Shown: in pieces, positions 48,691-58,765 of the stretch
Numbering within the stretch: position 1 is the first letter of the stretch
How the letters are laid out: each line of letters opens with the position of its first letter
Assembly: GCA_041750915.1 (NCBI GenBank)
Contig: JBGSYJ010000285.1
Location: forward strand, 848-64,847
Source of the DNA: Thermoanaerobaculia bacterium
GTDB lineage: Bacteria > Acidobacteriota > Thermoanaerobaculia > Gp7-AA8
Reading direction: 5' to 3'
Length of the DNA: 64,000 nucleotides
Position numbers and translations under genes: made by a program
Notes under the pieces: generated by a model
Databases searched by the model: none
Told to the model about the DNA's origin: nothing
What the model saw: only the letters and a program-made list of their open reading frames with translations

Positions 48691-50442
48691 TCAGTACCCG
48701 AGAATCAGCTCGATGCGCCGGTTCCTCGCGCGGCCCTCCGCGCTGTCGTTCTCGGAGATCGGCACCAGCTCACCGCGCCCTATGCTTGTGATGCGCGCGG
48801 GATCGATGCCGGCTGTGACGAGCAGATCCCTGAGGCCATCCGCGCGGGCCTGAGACAACTGCAGGTTGTCGTCTTCGCCCCCGCTCGAGTCGGTGTGACC
48901 CTCGATGGCGACTCGGACGTCGGGGTTCGCCGCCAGTTGCTCGGCAATCCGTTGCAGAACACCGCGGCTCTCCCAGCTGATCTGGCTCCGTCCGGTTCTG
49001 TAGAAGAGCCCTGGAATCGTCACGACCAATCCCCGCGCCTCGAAGCGTGCTTCGACGACCGCTGCGAGCGACCGCTGGATCGATGCAAGACGTTCCTGCT
49101 GGCTCGTACGCCGCTGGCGCTCCTCTCGCACTTTAGCCAGCTCTCCTTCGGCCGTCGTCACCCGCTCTCGCAGTTTCCTGCTCTCCGCGCTGGTTCCGCT
49201 CAGGGTCACGCTGACGTCTGCGAGAAGCTTCCTGTATGAGTCTTCGAGATCCCTGCGAAGACGTTCGCCCTCATCCCGTTCGCCCCGCAGCCGCTCGTTC
49301 TCGATTTCGCGCTCCGTCAAGGCACGCGAGACCGCCACGAACTGCGTACGCTCCTGAGCCAGGGTCTGCTCGAGCCGGACGACCTCCGGATGCTTCGATG
49401 GTTCGACCGCGGCCGCGACTGTGGTGAGGACGATTCCCGCGGGAACCCTCAAGACGAGTACGGCCAGCAGGAATCCAATGGTGGCCATTGCCACCCGCAT
49501 GCGGCGGGCACGAAGCAGGCCGGCGAATGCAGGCTTCCGTTTGCCCGGAGTAGCGATCGATGCAGCCTCGAAGAGGTCGAGCGCCAGATCGCGTGCCGAA
49601 TCGTAACGCTGCTCGCGATCCTTGGCGAGGCATCGATCAAGGATGCGTTGAAGCATCGCGTTGAGGCGCGAGCCGCCGACAGAGATTCGGGGAGCTGGCC
49701 GATGAACGATGTTGTGCATCGTTTCCGCATTCGTCGAACCGGCAAAGGGAGCCTGCCCGGTTATCGACTCGTGGATGATGCATCCGAGCGAGAAAATGTC
49801 GGTTCGGTGATCAAGCGCAAAGCCTTCGATCTGCTCAGGCGACATGTAGCCGACTGTTCCCAGCAGTGTTGACGGCTCGGTGAGCGTCCTTCGTCCCGAG
49901 GGGGATCGCACCTCGTCGCTATGCTGCACGCCCACCAGTTTTGCGACGCCGAAGTCGAGGACTTTCGCATGGCCCTCGGACGTGATCATGATGTTGTCGG
50001 GCTTGAGGTCGCGATGGACGATCCCTCGCGCATGCGCCTTGCCGAGCCCTTCGGCGACGCGGCCCAGCTCTGCAAGCGTCGACGCGAGCGGAGGCTCCTC
50101 CCCCAGCCAGACATCGAGCGTTGCTCCCTCGATGTACTCCATTGCAATGTAATGGATCACCGAAACGTGGCCCGACGCGTCGACGACCGGCGCTTCACCC
50201 ATCTCGTAGATCGTCACGATCGAAGGATGATTCAGAGCGGAGGCAGCTTTCGCTTCAGTGATGAAGCGTTGCACGCGGAGAGGATCGGACGTGAGACCCG
50301 TCGGCAGAATCTTGATGGCGACGAGTCGGTCGAGCTCGACGTCGAGGGCAAGGTAGACCTCGCCCATGCCACCGGCGCCCAGAAGCTTCCGGATCTGGTA
50401 GCGTCCGACGGACGACTCTTCCGCTAACGATGGCCCGGTCAT
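48691..50442 (-). CDS. Ser/Thr protein kinase fused via TM segment and coiled coil to a C-terminal OmpA/MotB-like peptidoglycan-binding domain
   Basis: Kinase motifs GAGGMGEVY, HRDLKPDNIM and DFGVAKL; a central TM helix; C-terminal OmpA-C-like block VAIEGHTDSSG...RNRRIELIL. Strong GGGAGGAG ribosome-binding site. Confidence 0.8.
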   Translation of the reverse strand: MTGPSLAEESSVGRYQIRKLLGAGGMGEVYLALDVELDRLVAIKILPTGLTSDPLRVQRFITEAKAASALNHPSIVTIYEMGEAPVVDASGHVSVIHYIAMEYIEGATLDVWLGEEPPLASTLAELGRVAEGLGKAHARGIVHRDLKPDNIMITSEGHAKVLDFGVAKLVGVQHSDEVRSPSGRRTLTEPSTLLGTVGYMSPEQIEGFALDHRTDIFSLGCIIHESITGQAPFAGSTNAETMHNIVHRPAPRISVGGSRLNAMLQRILDRCLAKDREQRYDSARDLALDLFEAASIATPGKRKPAFAGLLRARRMRVAMATIGFLLAVLVLRVPAGIVLTTVAAAVEPSKHPEVVRLEQTLAQERTQFVAVSRALTEREIENERLRGERDEGERLRRDLEDSYRKLLADVSVTLSGTSAESRKLRERVTTAEGELAKVREERQRRTSQQERLASIQRSLAAVVEARFEARGLVVTIPGLFYRTGRSQISWESRGVLQRIAEQLAANPDVRVAIEGHTDSSGGEDDNLQLSQARADGLRDLLVTAGIDPARITSIGRGELVPISENDSAEGRARNRRIELILGY

Positions 50443-50547
50443 GAGTGGCAGTTCTCCTCCCGAGTACGGATCTCCGACTTACAGGTTGCGCGAAGCGCGG
50501 GCAGAAGTCATAGGAGTGGCGGAGTGTTTGAAGCTTTGTTGCAGGAA

Positions 50548-50757
50548 GTAGACAGGAGACAGTAGACAGTAGACAGTAGACAGGAGACAGTAGACAGTAG
50601 ACAGGAGACAGTAGCCCACCCGCCCCGGGTACTGGCTCGCTCCTCCGGCGTTCCAGCTGGCAGGGAAGGCTTTACAGCAAACTGCGTCTCCCGACGGGTG
50701 TGTTCGCTGAAGGGACGGGCGGGCTACTGTCTCCTGTCTACTGTGTACTGTCTACTC
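50548..50757. repeat. composite 7-mer inverted repeat, copy 2 ((GTAGACAG)n...82-bp spacer...(TACTGTC)n)
   Basis: Same architecture and the same GCCC(A/G)CCCGCCC / GGGCGGGC junctions as copy 1. Confidence 0.85.
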
Positions 50758-50798
50758 AAAAAGAGAACCTCTCATCATCCCAGTCCGTCTCACATTCA

Positions 50799-51407
50799 AT
50801 GGTTCGCTTCAGGAGAGACGAAATCGCGTCGAAACGATACCTGGCACTGCTGGGACTTCTGATCCTTCTTGTTCCCTGCGGTTTCGCGGAGCCGGTCAGA
50901 GGAAATCACGCCGTTCGTCTCGCGAGGGCTGCGGAGGCTCAGGTTGGCGTGACGCGCCACTACGATCCCGCTTATGTTGCGCTTGCCTACCCCGGGGGCG
51001 ATGTGCCGCGCGACCGAGGAGTCTGCACGGATGTCGTGGTGCGCGCGTTTCGTGGAATCGGAATCGATCTCCAGAAGGAGCTTCATGAAGACATGCGTCG
51101 GAGTTTCAGTTCGTATCCCCGCAACTGGGGATTGACGAGACCCGATCGGAACATCGATCATCGCCGCGTTCCGAATCTGATGACCTGGTTCACCCGGCAG
51201 GGAAAGAAGGTTCCTCCCGGCGGCCGGACGATCGCCGGCGATGTCGTTGCCTGGAAATTGCCCGGCGGCCTTCTGCACATCGGCGTGGCCGCCGTCGATC
51301 TCGAACCCGGAACGAACCGGCCGCTGATGATTCACAACATCGGTGCGGGCGCGCAGAAAGAGGACATTCTGAACGCGTACGAGATCATTGGGCATTACCG
51401 CTGGTGA
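50799..51407 (+). CDS. DUF1287-like secreted protein
   Basis: The signal peptide is followed by YDPAYVALAYPGGDVPRDRGVCTDVV, typical of the DUF1287/YijF-like family. The upstream part of the listed ORF is translated repeat. Confidence 0.6.
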   Translation: MVRFRRDEIASKRYLALLGLLILLVPCGFAEPVRGNHAVRLARAAEAQVGVTRHYDPAYVALAYPGGDVPRDRGVCTDVVVRAFRGIGIDLQKELHEDMRRSFSSYPRNWGLTRPDRNIDHRRVPNLMTWFTRQGKKVPPGGRTIAGDVVAWKLPGGLLHIGVAAVDLEPGTNRPLMIHNIGAGAQKEDILNAYEIIGHYRW

Positions 51408-51476
51408 CGGCTTTATCCTCTCCGCCGTCGCCGTCGCCGCAAAATTGTGGCAACTCAAGCAACGGGTGTCATCCTG

Positions 51477-51553
51477 AGCGTTAGCGAAGGATCCCCCCAG
51501 GGTTTGCGACACAGCCAGTAGTGAGGGGATCCTTCGCTGCGCTCAGGATGACA
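51477..51553. repeat. hairpin element with TGTCATCCTGAGCG termini and CGAAGGATCCCC inner arms
   Basis: GTGTCATCCTGAGCGTTAGCGAAGGATCCCC...GGGGATCCTTCGCTGCGCTCAGGATGACAC. Confidence 0.75.
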
Positions 51554-51588
51554 CTTGCTCGAACCCGGTCCCACTCACAACTCAGAAC

Positions 51589-52554
<966 letters not shown>

Positions 52555-52563
52555 GATGTCCTC

Positions 52564-53622
52564 TCAGGCGTAAACGTCGGTCGTGAGCTCGTCGAAGCTC
52601 GGGTAAGGGGATTCGGTGGCGAAGAGGACGGCATCTTCGACTTTCTGTTGTGCGCGTTCACGCATCACCGTGATGTCGTCATGGTCAAGCGTGCCGCGAT
52701 CGAGAAGACGCTTTTCCATCAATCTGATCGGGTCGCGCTCTTTCCAGGACGCGAGCTCGTTTTTGTCGACATACGACTGGTCGTCCGGCTCCATGTGTCC
52801 GCGCAGGCGGTAGGTGTACGTCTCGAGGAGGAATGGCTTCTTCTCCGTGCGGATGTATTCGACCGCTTCTCTTGCGGCAGCGAGAACGGACTCGACGTCG
52901 TTGCCGTCGACGGTGCGCGACTTCACGCCGTACGGTTTTGCCCACTCGCTGATGTAGTCGCCTTTCATCGTCTCCTTCCGGTGGACGAAGGCCTGCCACT
53001 GGTTGTTCTCGCAGATATAGAGAATCGGCAGGTCCCATATGGCAGCGAGGTTGAGCGACTCGTGGAAGATGCCTTCACTCGCTGCTCCGTCTCCGAAGAA
53101 GCAGGCGACGATCGCGTCGCTGTCGGACATCGAGACCGAAAGTCCGACTCCCGGCGCGAGTGAAAGCTCACCGCCGACGATCGTTGATGTGAGCACGACG
53201 CCGAGCTCTTTCGCCGAGATGTGAAGGCTTCCGCTTTTGCCTTTGCAGTAGCCGGTGCTCCTGCCCATGATCTCGGCCATGACGCGCCCGGGATCTGCGC
53301 CGCGGGCCAGCAGATGGCCGGCGCTGCGGTGGTTGGTCAGGATGAGGTCCTGAGCCTCGAGCGCACCCATGACGCCTACGGCCGACGCTTCCTGGCCGAC
53401 CGACGTGCACATGCTGGGGGACTGCCCCGCAGCTTGGAGCGAGGCAGATTTCTCTTCGAACGTTCGGATCAGCAGCATCGTTTCGAGCTGCCGGATTGCG
53501 TCGGTACCCGCTTCGCTTTCGCGAAACCCGATGAGCTCAGGGTTGGTAATTGTGTTGACGGTGGTCAAGGTAAGCTCCTCTTCTGAAGTGTTCCGGTTGT
53601 ATTGATGTGGCGGCTCGATCAT
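52564..53622 (-). CDS. 2-oxoacid dehydrogenase E1 component alpha subunit (TPP-binding)
   Basis: TPP motif GDGAASEGIFHESLNLAA...NN. The start is uncertain between the ATG at 53622 and a TTG 6 nt after GAGGAG near 53577; the listed ORF start at 53766 is probably too long. Confidence 0.75.
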   Translation of the reverse strand: MIEPPHQYNRNTSEEELTLTTVNTITNPELIGFRESEAGTDAIRQLETMLLIRTFEEKSASLQAAGQSPSMCTSVGQEASAVGVMGALEAQDLILTNHRSAGHLLARGADPGRVMAEIMGRSTGYCKGKSGSLHISAKELGVVLTSTIVGGELSLAPGVGLSVSMSDSDAIVACFFGDGAASEGIFHESLNLAAIWDLPILYICENNQWQAFVHRKETMKGDYISEWAKPYGVKSRTVDGNDVESVLAAAREAVEYIRTEKKPFLLETYTYRLRGHMEPDDQSYVDKNELASWKERDPIRLMEKRLLDRGTLDHDDITVMRERAQQKVEDAVLFATESPYPSFDELTTDVYA

Positions 53623-53815
53623 CGGCAGCCGTTCAGACTCGTGAGAATTTACGGTCGGAGTCAGGCGCAGTTTCCCTAAGACTTCGCTACAAATGTGCGA
53701 AAACATCGCTTGTGCGACTGCGAGAGATGCCGGGATTCTTAAGACAATGCTAAGTCTTGTTGACACCGGACCTTCATGAGCGTAGCGTCCAGATGTATAC
53801 GGTTACATTCCAACG

Positions 53816-54889
53816 ATGACGAAACGCGATGACACCGCTGCCCCCAGGACCCGCCAGCACGGCGCGACGGTCAGGGACGTCGCATCCAGGGCAGGCGTGT
53901 CAGTAGCTACCGTGTCGCGAGTTTTGAATGATCAGAACGTCGTCCGTGAACCGACGATCGGTCGCGTTCGGAGCGCGATGGAGGAGCTCAATTATGTTCC
54001 TCATGGCGGCGCGCGCAGCCTTTCCACTCGGAGGACGAATACTGTCGGTCTGGTGCTCCCGGATCTTCACGGCGAGTTCTTCTCGGAGATGATCCGCGGA
54101 GTCGACGTCGCGGCGCGAAGGCAGGGGTATCACTTGCTGGTCTCCGGATCGCACAGCGACTGGAACGAGATGTCTGCGGTGGTCTCGGCAGTCCGTGGGC
54201 GAGTCGATGGGCTGATCGTAATGGCGCCGGAGCTCGACGCCGAGAACGTACACACGCATCTTCCTGCCGGACTTCCCGCGGTGCTGCTGAACTGCTACGC
54301 CACGAACGCATGGTCCATCGCCGTCGATAACGTCCGTGCTGCGCGCTCGATGATGGATCATCTCGGATCGCTGGGTCACCGGCGCATTGCGTACATTCGC
54401 GGCCCCGAGGGCAACAACGACGCGGCCGAGCGCCTGCGTGGCTGGGGGGAAGCCCTGGGCGAATCTGGCGTGAGCCAGGAAAAGCTGCTTTTCGAGGGCG
54501 ACTTCAGCGAGACCGCCGGCTACGGCGCGGCCTACGCGATCATGTCGGAGGACACGGATGCCACGGCGATTTTCGCAGGCAACGACGCGATGGCCATCGG
54601 TGCGCTCTGCGCGCTGCGCGAGTTGAATGTTCGCGTGCCCGAGGACATGGCGGTGGTCGGGTTCGACGACATTCCGCTCGCGCGGTTCGTCTCTCCGCCA
54701 CTCACGACGATCAGCGTCGACATCGCCGAGCTCGGCCGACGCGCCTTCGATCTCGTACTTGAGGCGGGGGAGGAGGGCAGCACTCCGCGTCACTCAATCG
54801 TTCCCACCCGTCTGGTCATCCGCGAGTCGTGTGGCTCGCGCCCTTCATCGGGCAAAGCGTTGAAAGAGCTCTCGAAATCTGAGGCCTGA
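53816..54889 (+). CDS. LacI family transcriptional regulator
   Basis: HTH ATVRDVASRAGVSVATVSRVLN plus a periplasmic-binding-protein-like sugar-binding fold. Confidence 0.85.
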   Translation: MTKRDDTAAPRTRQHGATVRDVASRAGVSVATVSRVLNDQNVVREPTIGRVRSAMEELNYVPHGGARSLSTRRTNTVGLVLPDLHGEFFSEMIRGVDVAARRQGYHLLVSGSHSDWNEMSAVVSAVRGRVDGLIVMAPELDAENVHTHLPAGLPAVLLNCYATNAWSIAVDNVRAARSMMDHLGSLGHRRIAYIRGPEGNNDAAERLRGWGEALGESGVSQEKLLFEGDFSETAGYGAAYAIMSEDTDATAIFAGNDAMAIGALCALRELNVRVPEDMAVVGFDDIPLARFVSPPLTTISVDIAELGRRAFDLVLEAGEEGSTPRHSIVPTRLVIRESCGSRPSSGKALKELSKSEA

Positions 54890-54893
54890 GCAT

Positions 54894-55044
54894 GTGGCAG
54901 GGCCCTCCGAGGCCCTGCCTTGTCTGAATAGTAAGGATGAATGCAGTTGGAGCATTCATCCAGCCGCGTCAGTCAGAGCTCCAGCCAGGTGTCGTACATC
55001 TTCACTGCTCGCCGAGGCAGGGCCTCGGAGGGCCCTGCCACATG
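54894..55044. repeat. REP-like array (GTGGCAGGGCCCTCCGAGGCCCTGCC ... TGGAGCATTCATCC ... GGCAGGGCCTCGGAGGGCCCTGCCACATG)
   Basis: Same family as the array at 34733-34912. Confidence 0.8.
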
Positions 55045-55060
55045 GCGCTACAATCTGCTG

Positions 55061-56080
55061 ATGCCGGCGACGATTGAATCCTTCCTGCCCGAGGAGGAGG
55101 GTGCTTCTTTCTACGAGCTGGTTACATCTGATACTCAGCGGACCGCTTCAACCATCCGTCAACTGGCAAACCGCGGCCCCGTCCGCCTCTTCGTGGCGAT
55201 CGGCGAGACGGGTCCCGTCGCGCGACTCGTCACGCAAATCTCACCGGCGTATCGCGATGGCGAGGGCAACCCGCTCGGTCTCATAGGATTCTTCGACGCA
55301 CAGAACGACCCGGATGCGGTGTCTGAGCTCTTTGACGCCGCGGCGGCCACGCTCCGGCAATATGGCTCCCGTAAGATGATCGGGCCGATCGACGGCGACA
55401 CGTGGCACCGATACCGGGTCAATGCGGGGCCGTTCGAGACACCTCCCTTTCTCCTCGAGCCGTGGAATCCGCCTTACTACGCTGAACTGTGGGAACGCTC
55501 GGGATTCACGATTCTCGAGACGTACTCATCGAGACGCATCGATGATGTGGAGCCTGTGGCCGAGCGACTGTCAGAGAAATTCGCCAGCGCACGAAATGGC
55601 GGCTACGTCTTCGAGCCCTTCGATCGAAGCGACTTTCAGCGGACACTCGAGCGCATCTACAGGCTGTCGCTCGAGATCTTCCGCGACAACTATCTGTACT
55701 CGGACATTTCGTTCGACGACTTCTGCTCGCTCTATTACGGAGCCGATCGGCTCATCGAGGACGATTCCATCTGGTTCGCGAGGGCGCCTGACGGCAGCGA
55801 CGCAGGCTTCGCGTTCACCTATCCCAACCGCACGCCGAAGGACCCGCACGGCGATGCGTTGAACTTCAAGACCCTCGGAGTTCTGCCCGCTCACCGCCGC
55901 GGTGGCACCGGCGCCGCCCTGATGTTCTGTGGTTACGAGGCGGGACTGCGAAGGGGCTTTCAGGCTGTGAATCACTGCCTGATGCGCGCGGGCAACCCAT
56001 CCGAGAAGCTCGACTCAGGTCACGGGAAACCATTCCGCGAGTATTTTCTCTACGAGAGGGCGGTGAAGAGTGAAGGGTGA
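55061..56080 (+). CDS. GNAT-fold acyltransferase-like protein (FemAB/BioF2-like or N-acyl amino acid synthase-like)
   Basis: C-terminal LGVLPAHRRGGTGAALM resembles GNAT motif A. No Shine-Dalgarno sequence precedes the start, and the family assignment is tentative. Confidence 0.45.
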   Translation: MPATIESFLPEEEGASFYELVTSDTQRTASTIRQLANRGPVRLFVAIGETGPVARLVTQISPAYRDGEGNPLGLIGFFDAQNDPDAVSELFDAAAATLRQYGSRKMIGPIDGDTWHRYRVNAGPFETPPFLLEPWNPPYYAELWERSGFTILETYSSRRIDDVEPVAERLSEKFASARNGGYVFEPFDRSDFQRTLERIYRLSLEIFRDNYLYSDISFDDFCSLYYGADRLIEDDSIWFARAPDGSDAGFAFTYPNRTPKDPHGDALNFKTLGVLPAHRRGGTGAALMFCGYEAGLRRGFQAVNHCLMRAGNPSEKLDSGHGKPFREYFLYERAVKSEG

Positions 56081-56101
56081 AAGTGAAGAGTGAAAAAGGG
56101 G

Positions 56102-56205
56102 CCCTCACCCCTGACCCCTCTCCCGCCGGGAGAGGGGAACCACCGCCCGTGCACGAGGGGTGGCGATGCCCCTCTCCCGACGGGAGAGGGGTCAGGGGTG
56201 AGGGA
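56102..56205. promoter_or_regulatory. nested GC-rich palindrome overlapping the Shine-Dalgarno sequence of the downstream ligase gene
   Basis: Outer arms CCCTCACCCCTGACCCCTCTCCCG / CGGGAGAGGGGTCAGGGGTGAGGG enclose two CCCCTCTCCCG-N-CGGGAGAGGGG hairpins and a CCACC...GGTGG centre. The 3' arm ends in GAGGGAG 6 nt before the ATG at 56211. Confidence 0.6.
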
Positions 56206-56210
56206 GCTTC

Positions 56211-57803
56211 ATGCGCAACCTGAGCCGGGGTTCCGGGAGCGTCGTCGAGCTCTTTCGCAATGTTGCACGCGAGCATCCTTCAAAGATTGCCTTTCATGAA
56301 GGCAGTGAGTCGATCCGGTTCGATGCTCTTTGGGAACGGATCGCACGATTCTCCACAGGTCTGGTGCAGAAGGGCTTCGGTCCGGGCGATCGCGCCATCG
56401 TCATGGTCCCGATGTCGATCGACCTCTACGTGGTCCTTCTCGGCGTTCTGAAGACGGGCGGTACGGCAGTGTTTCTCGATCCGTGGGTTGGCTGGAGGCG
56501 CCTGATCGACCTGGCCCGTTTCGCGGGTGCCGCAGCGTGGATCGGAACGACGAAAAGTCACATCCCGCGGCTGTTCGATTCCGAGCTCCGTGCGATTCCG
56601 CTCGCGATCAGCCGCGGATCGTCGTTGCTAGCCCGCGAGTCGATGGCATCGATCGAGTCGCACGGTGTTGACGAGGCGATTCACCAGTCCAGCGCCGAAG
56701 ACACGGCGCTCGTGACGTTCACGACAGGATCGAGCGGTACGCCGAAGGGAGTTCGGCGTACGCACGGAATTCTCGAAGCGCAGCATCGCGCGCTTGCAGC
56801 GGAGTTTCCGGCGAAACCGGGCGAGGTCGATCTCTGCACGTTCCCCGTTTTTGCCCTGAACAATCTCGCGCTCGGCGTCACGACGGTGATTCCGCCGGTC
56901 GACCTGAAACGAATCGATCGCGCCGATCCGTACCGGGTCATGGAGGCTATCCGCCATCACCGGGTCACGACCGCGACCGCGTCACCTCCGCTCTTCGACG
57001 CGCTGGCGTATGCGGCGTCATCAGATGTCTCTTCATCGTTGCGACGGATTCTGACTGGCGGAGCGCCTGTGGAAGATCGGCAGTTGCAGAGCTGGACGAA
57101 AGCGTTTCCCGACACATCCATCGAGGTCGTCTACGGCTCGACGGAAGCGGAGCCGGTGGCGCACCTCGGTTCCGCAGAGCGTCTCGAGCTCGCGGGCAGC
57201 CGCGGCTACACGGTTGGCCGGATCGCGTCTTCGGTCCGGGCCGCCGTCGTGCGGATCGATCGCGGGCCGCTCGAGGCGAAGAGTCGAAACGGATGGATCT
57301 CGCTGCAGGTTCCCCATGGTGACATCGGAGAATTGCTCGTTACCGGAGACCATGTCTGTCGCGACTATGATCGCAATCCCGAAGCTGCGCGCGAGAACAA
57401 GATTGTCGATCCGGAGGGCGTGGTGTGGCACCGAATGGGGGACACCGGATGGTTCGACGATAGAGGGCGGTTTCGAATTGCGGGACGGGTTCACTCCACG
57501 ATCGTGAGGAACGGATTGATGATTCACCCGCAGCTCGTCGAACAGGTCGCACGCGGTGAAGACCTGCGCATTCGCCGCGCCGCCGCAGTCGGAATCCCCG
57601 ATCCGTCGATGGGCGAGAGGCTGGCGGTCGTCTGCGAAAGTGATGATGACGTCGCTTCCGCAGTCGAAAGCCGGCTTGGTGATGCAGAGATCACCTTCGA
57701 TCAGGTTCTCGCGACATCGAAGCCTCTTCCTGTCGACCCTCGGCACAACAGCAAGGTCGATTATCCGGCACTGCGCGACATGCTCATGGATGGACGCGTC
57801 TGA
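56211..57803 (+). CDS. AMP-dependent synthetase/ligase (adenylate-forming; fatty-acyl-AMP/CoA ligase-like)
   Basis: FTTGSSGTPKGV (A3) and GDTGWFDDRGRFRIAGR (A8-like) motifs. Confidence 0.8.
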   Translation: MRNLSRGSGSVVELFRNVAREHPSKIAFHEGSESIRFDALWERIARFSTGLVQKGFGPGDRAIVMVPMSIDLYVVLLGVLKTGGTAVFLDPWVGWRRLIDLARFAGAAAWIGTTKSHIPRLFDSELRAIPLAISRGSSLLARESMASIESHGVDEAIHQSSAEDTALVTFTTGSSGTPKGVRRTHGILEAQHRALAAEFPAKPGEVDLCTFPVFALNNLALGVTTVIPPVDLKRIDRADPYRVMEAIRHHRVTTATASPPLFDALAYAASSDVSSSLRRILTGGAPVEDRQLQSWTKAFPDTSIEVVYGSTEAEPVAHLGSAERLELAGSRGYTVGRIASSVRAAVVRIDRGPLEAKSRNGWISLQVPHGDIGELLVTGDHVCRDYDRNPEAARENKIVDPEGVVWHRMGDTGWFDDRGRFRIAGRVHSTIVRNGLMIHPQLVEQVARGEDLRIRRAAAVGIPDPSMGERLAVVCESDDDVASAVESRLGDAEITFDQVLATSKPLPVDPRHNSKVDYPALRDMLMDGRV

Positions 57804-58765
57804 TGACTGCGACGACCGGCATCGATGAGCGGACCGCTCCCTTTCTCCGCCGGTTTCACCTCTACCTCCGCGAGCGTTTTCCACTTCTCGGCCACGGCAT
57901 CCTGATCGTCAGCTACTACTCTTCGAATCAGTTCCTTGCGCGCGCCATCACGCAGCCGGGAACTCCGATGCATTTCGACTGGGTGTCGATCGCCGGAGTC
58001 GTCGCGCTGCTCTGCTTTTTCTTTCACCTGCGCGTCTTCGATGAGCACAAGGACTTCGAGGATGACAGTCGCTATTACCCTCACAGAGTTCTCCAGCGCG
58101 GGGTGATCACCCTTCGCGAGCTCCGCATCGTTGGAGGCATCGCCATCGCGCTCGAGCTGCTGATCTCGGCGTTTCGTGGCGCTGCTGCCACCACAGGCTG
58201 GCTGATTGCGTTCGTTTTCTCGCTGCTGATGCTCCGCGAGTTCTTCGCGCGCGACTGGCTTCGCCGGCATTTTCTCGTCTACGCGATGAGCCACATGCTC
58301 CTCATGCCGCTCCTGTCGCTCTGGGTGTTCTCGTTTGCGACGGGACGCTACCCATGGGAGGCGCCAGGACTCTACTGGATGTATGCCCTCGTCGGTCTGT
58401 TCGTGACCTTGAACTGGGAAGTCTCTCGCAAGATCCGCGCGCCTGAGCAGGAGATCGAAGGGGTCGAAACCTACTCGACGATCTTCGGTACGTATGGTGC
58501 CGCCTGGCTCGTGCTCTTCATCCGCATCATCGACACCGCTCTCGTTGCCTACGTGGGATATGCCCTCGGCTTCGGCACGTTTTTCTATGTCGCGATCGCG
58601 CTGCTGTATCTCGCCTGTGTCGTCGGATTCCTGCAATTCCGGATCATGACGACACCGCGGTCGGCGAAGATGATGGAAGTGTATGCAGGTGTCTACATGA
58701 TCGTCTTCGACATTCTCGTAGCGGTGGAACTCGGAAGAACTCGAGGCCTCGAGGTGTCGATGTGA
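57803..58765 (+). CDS. UbiA-like prenyltransferase-family integral membrane protein (degenerate Asp-rich motifs)
   Basis: 8-9 TM helices. The first cytoplasmic loop carries FDEHKDFEDD, and a later EQEIEGVETYSTIFG block resembles the second UbiA motif. The start overlaps the ligase stop (ATGA). Confidence 0.45.
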   Translation: MTATTGIDERTAPFLRRFHLYLRERFPLLGHGILIVSYYSSNQFLARAITQPGTPMHFDWVSIAGVVALLCFFFHLRVFDEHKDFEDDSRYYPHRVLQRGVITLRELRIVGGIAIALELLISAFRGAAATTGWLIAFVFSLLMLREFFARDWLRRHFLVYAMSHMLLMPLLSLWVFSFATGRYPWEAPGLYWMYALVGLFVTLNWEVSRKIRAPEQEIEGVETYSTIFGTYGAAWLVLFIRIIDTALVAYVGYALGFGTFFYVAIALLYLACVVGFLQFRIMTTPRSAKMMEVYAGVYMIVFDILVAVELGRTRGLEVSM

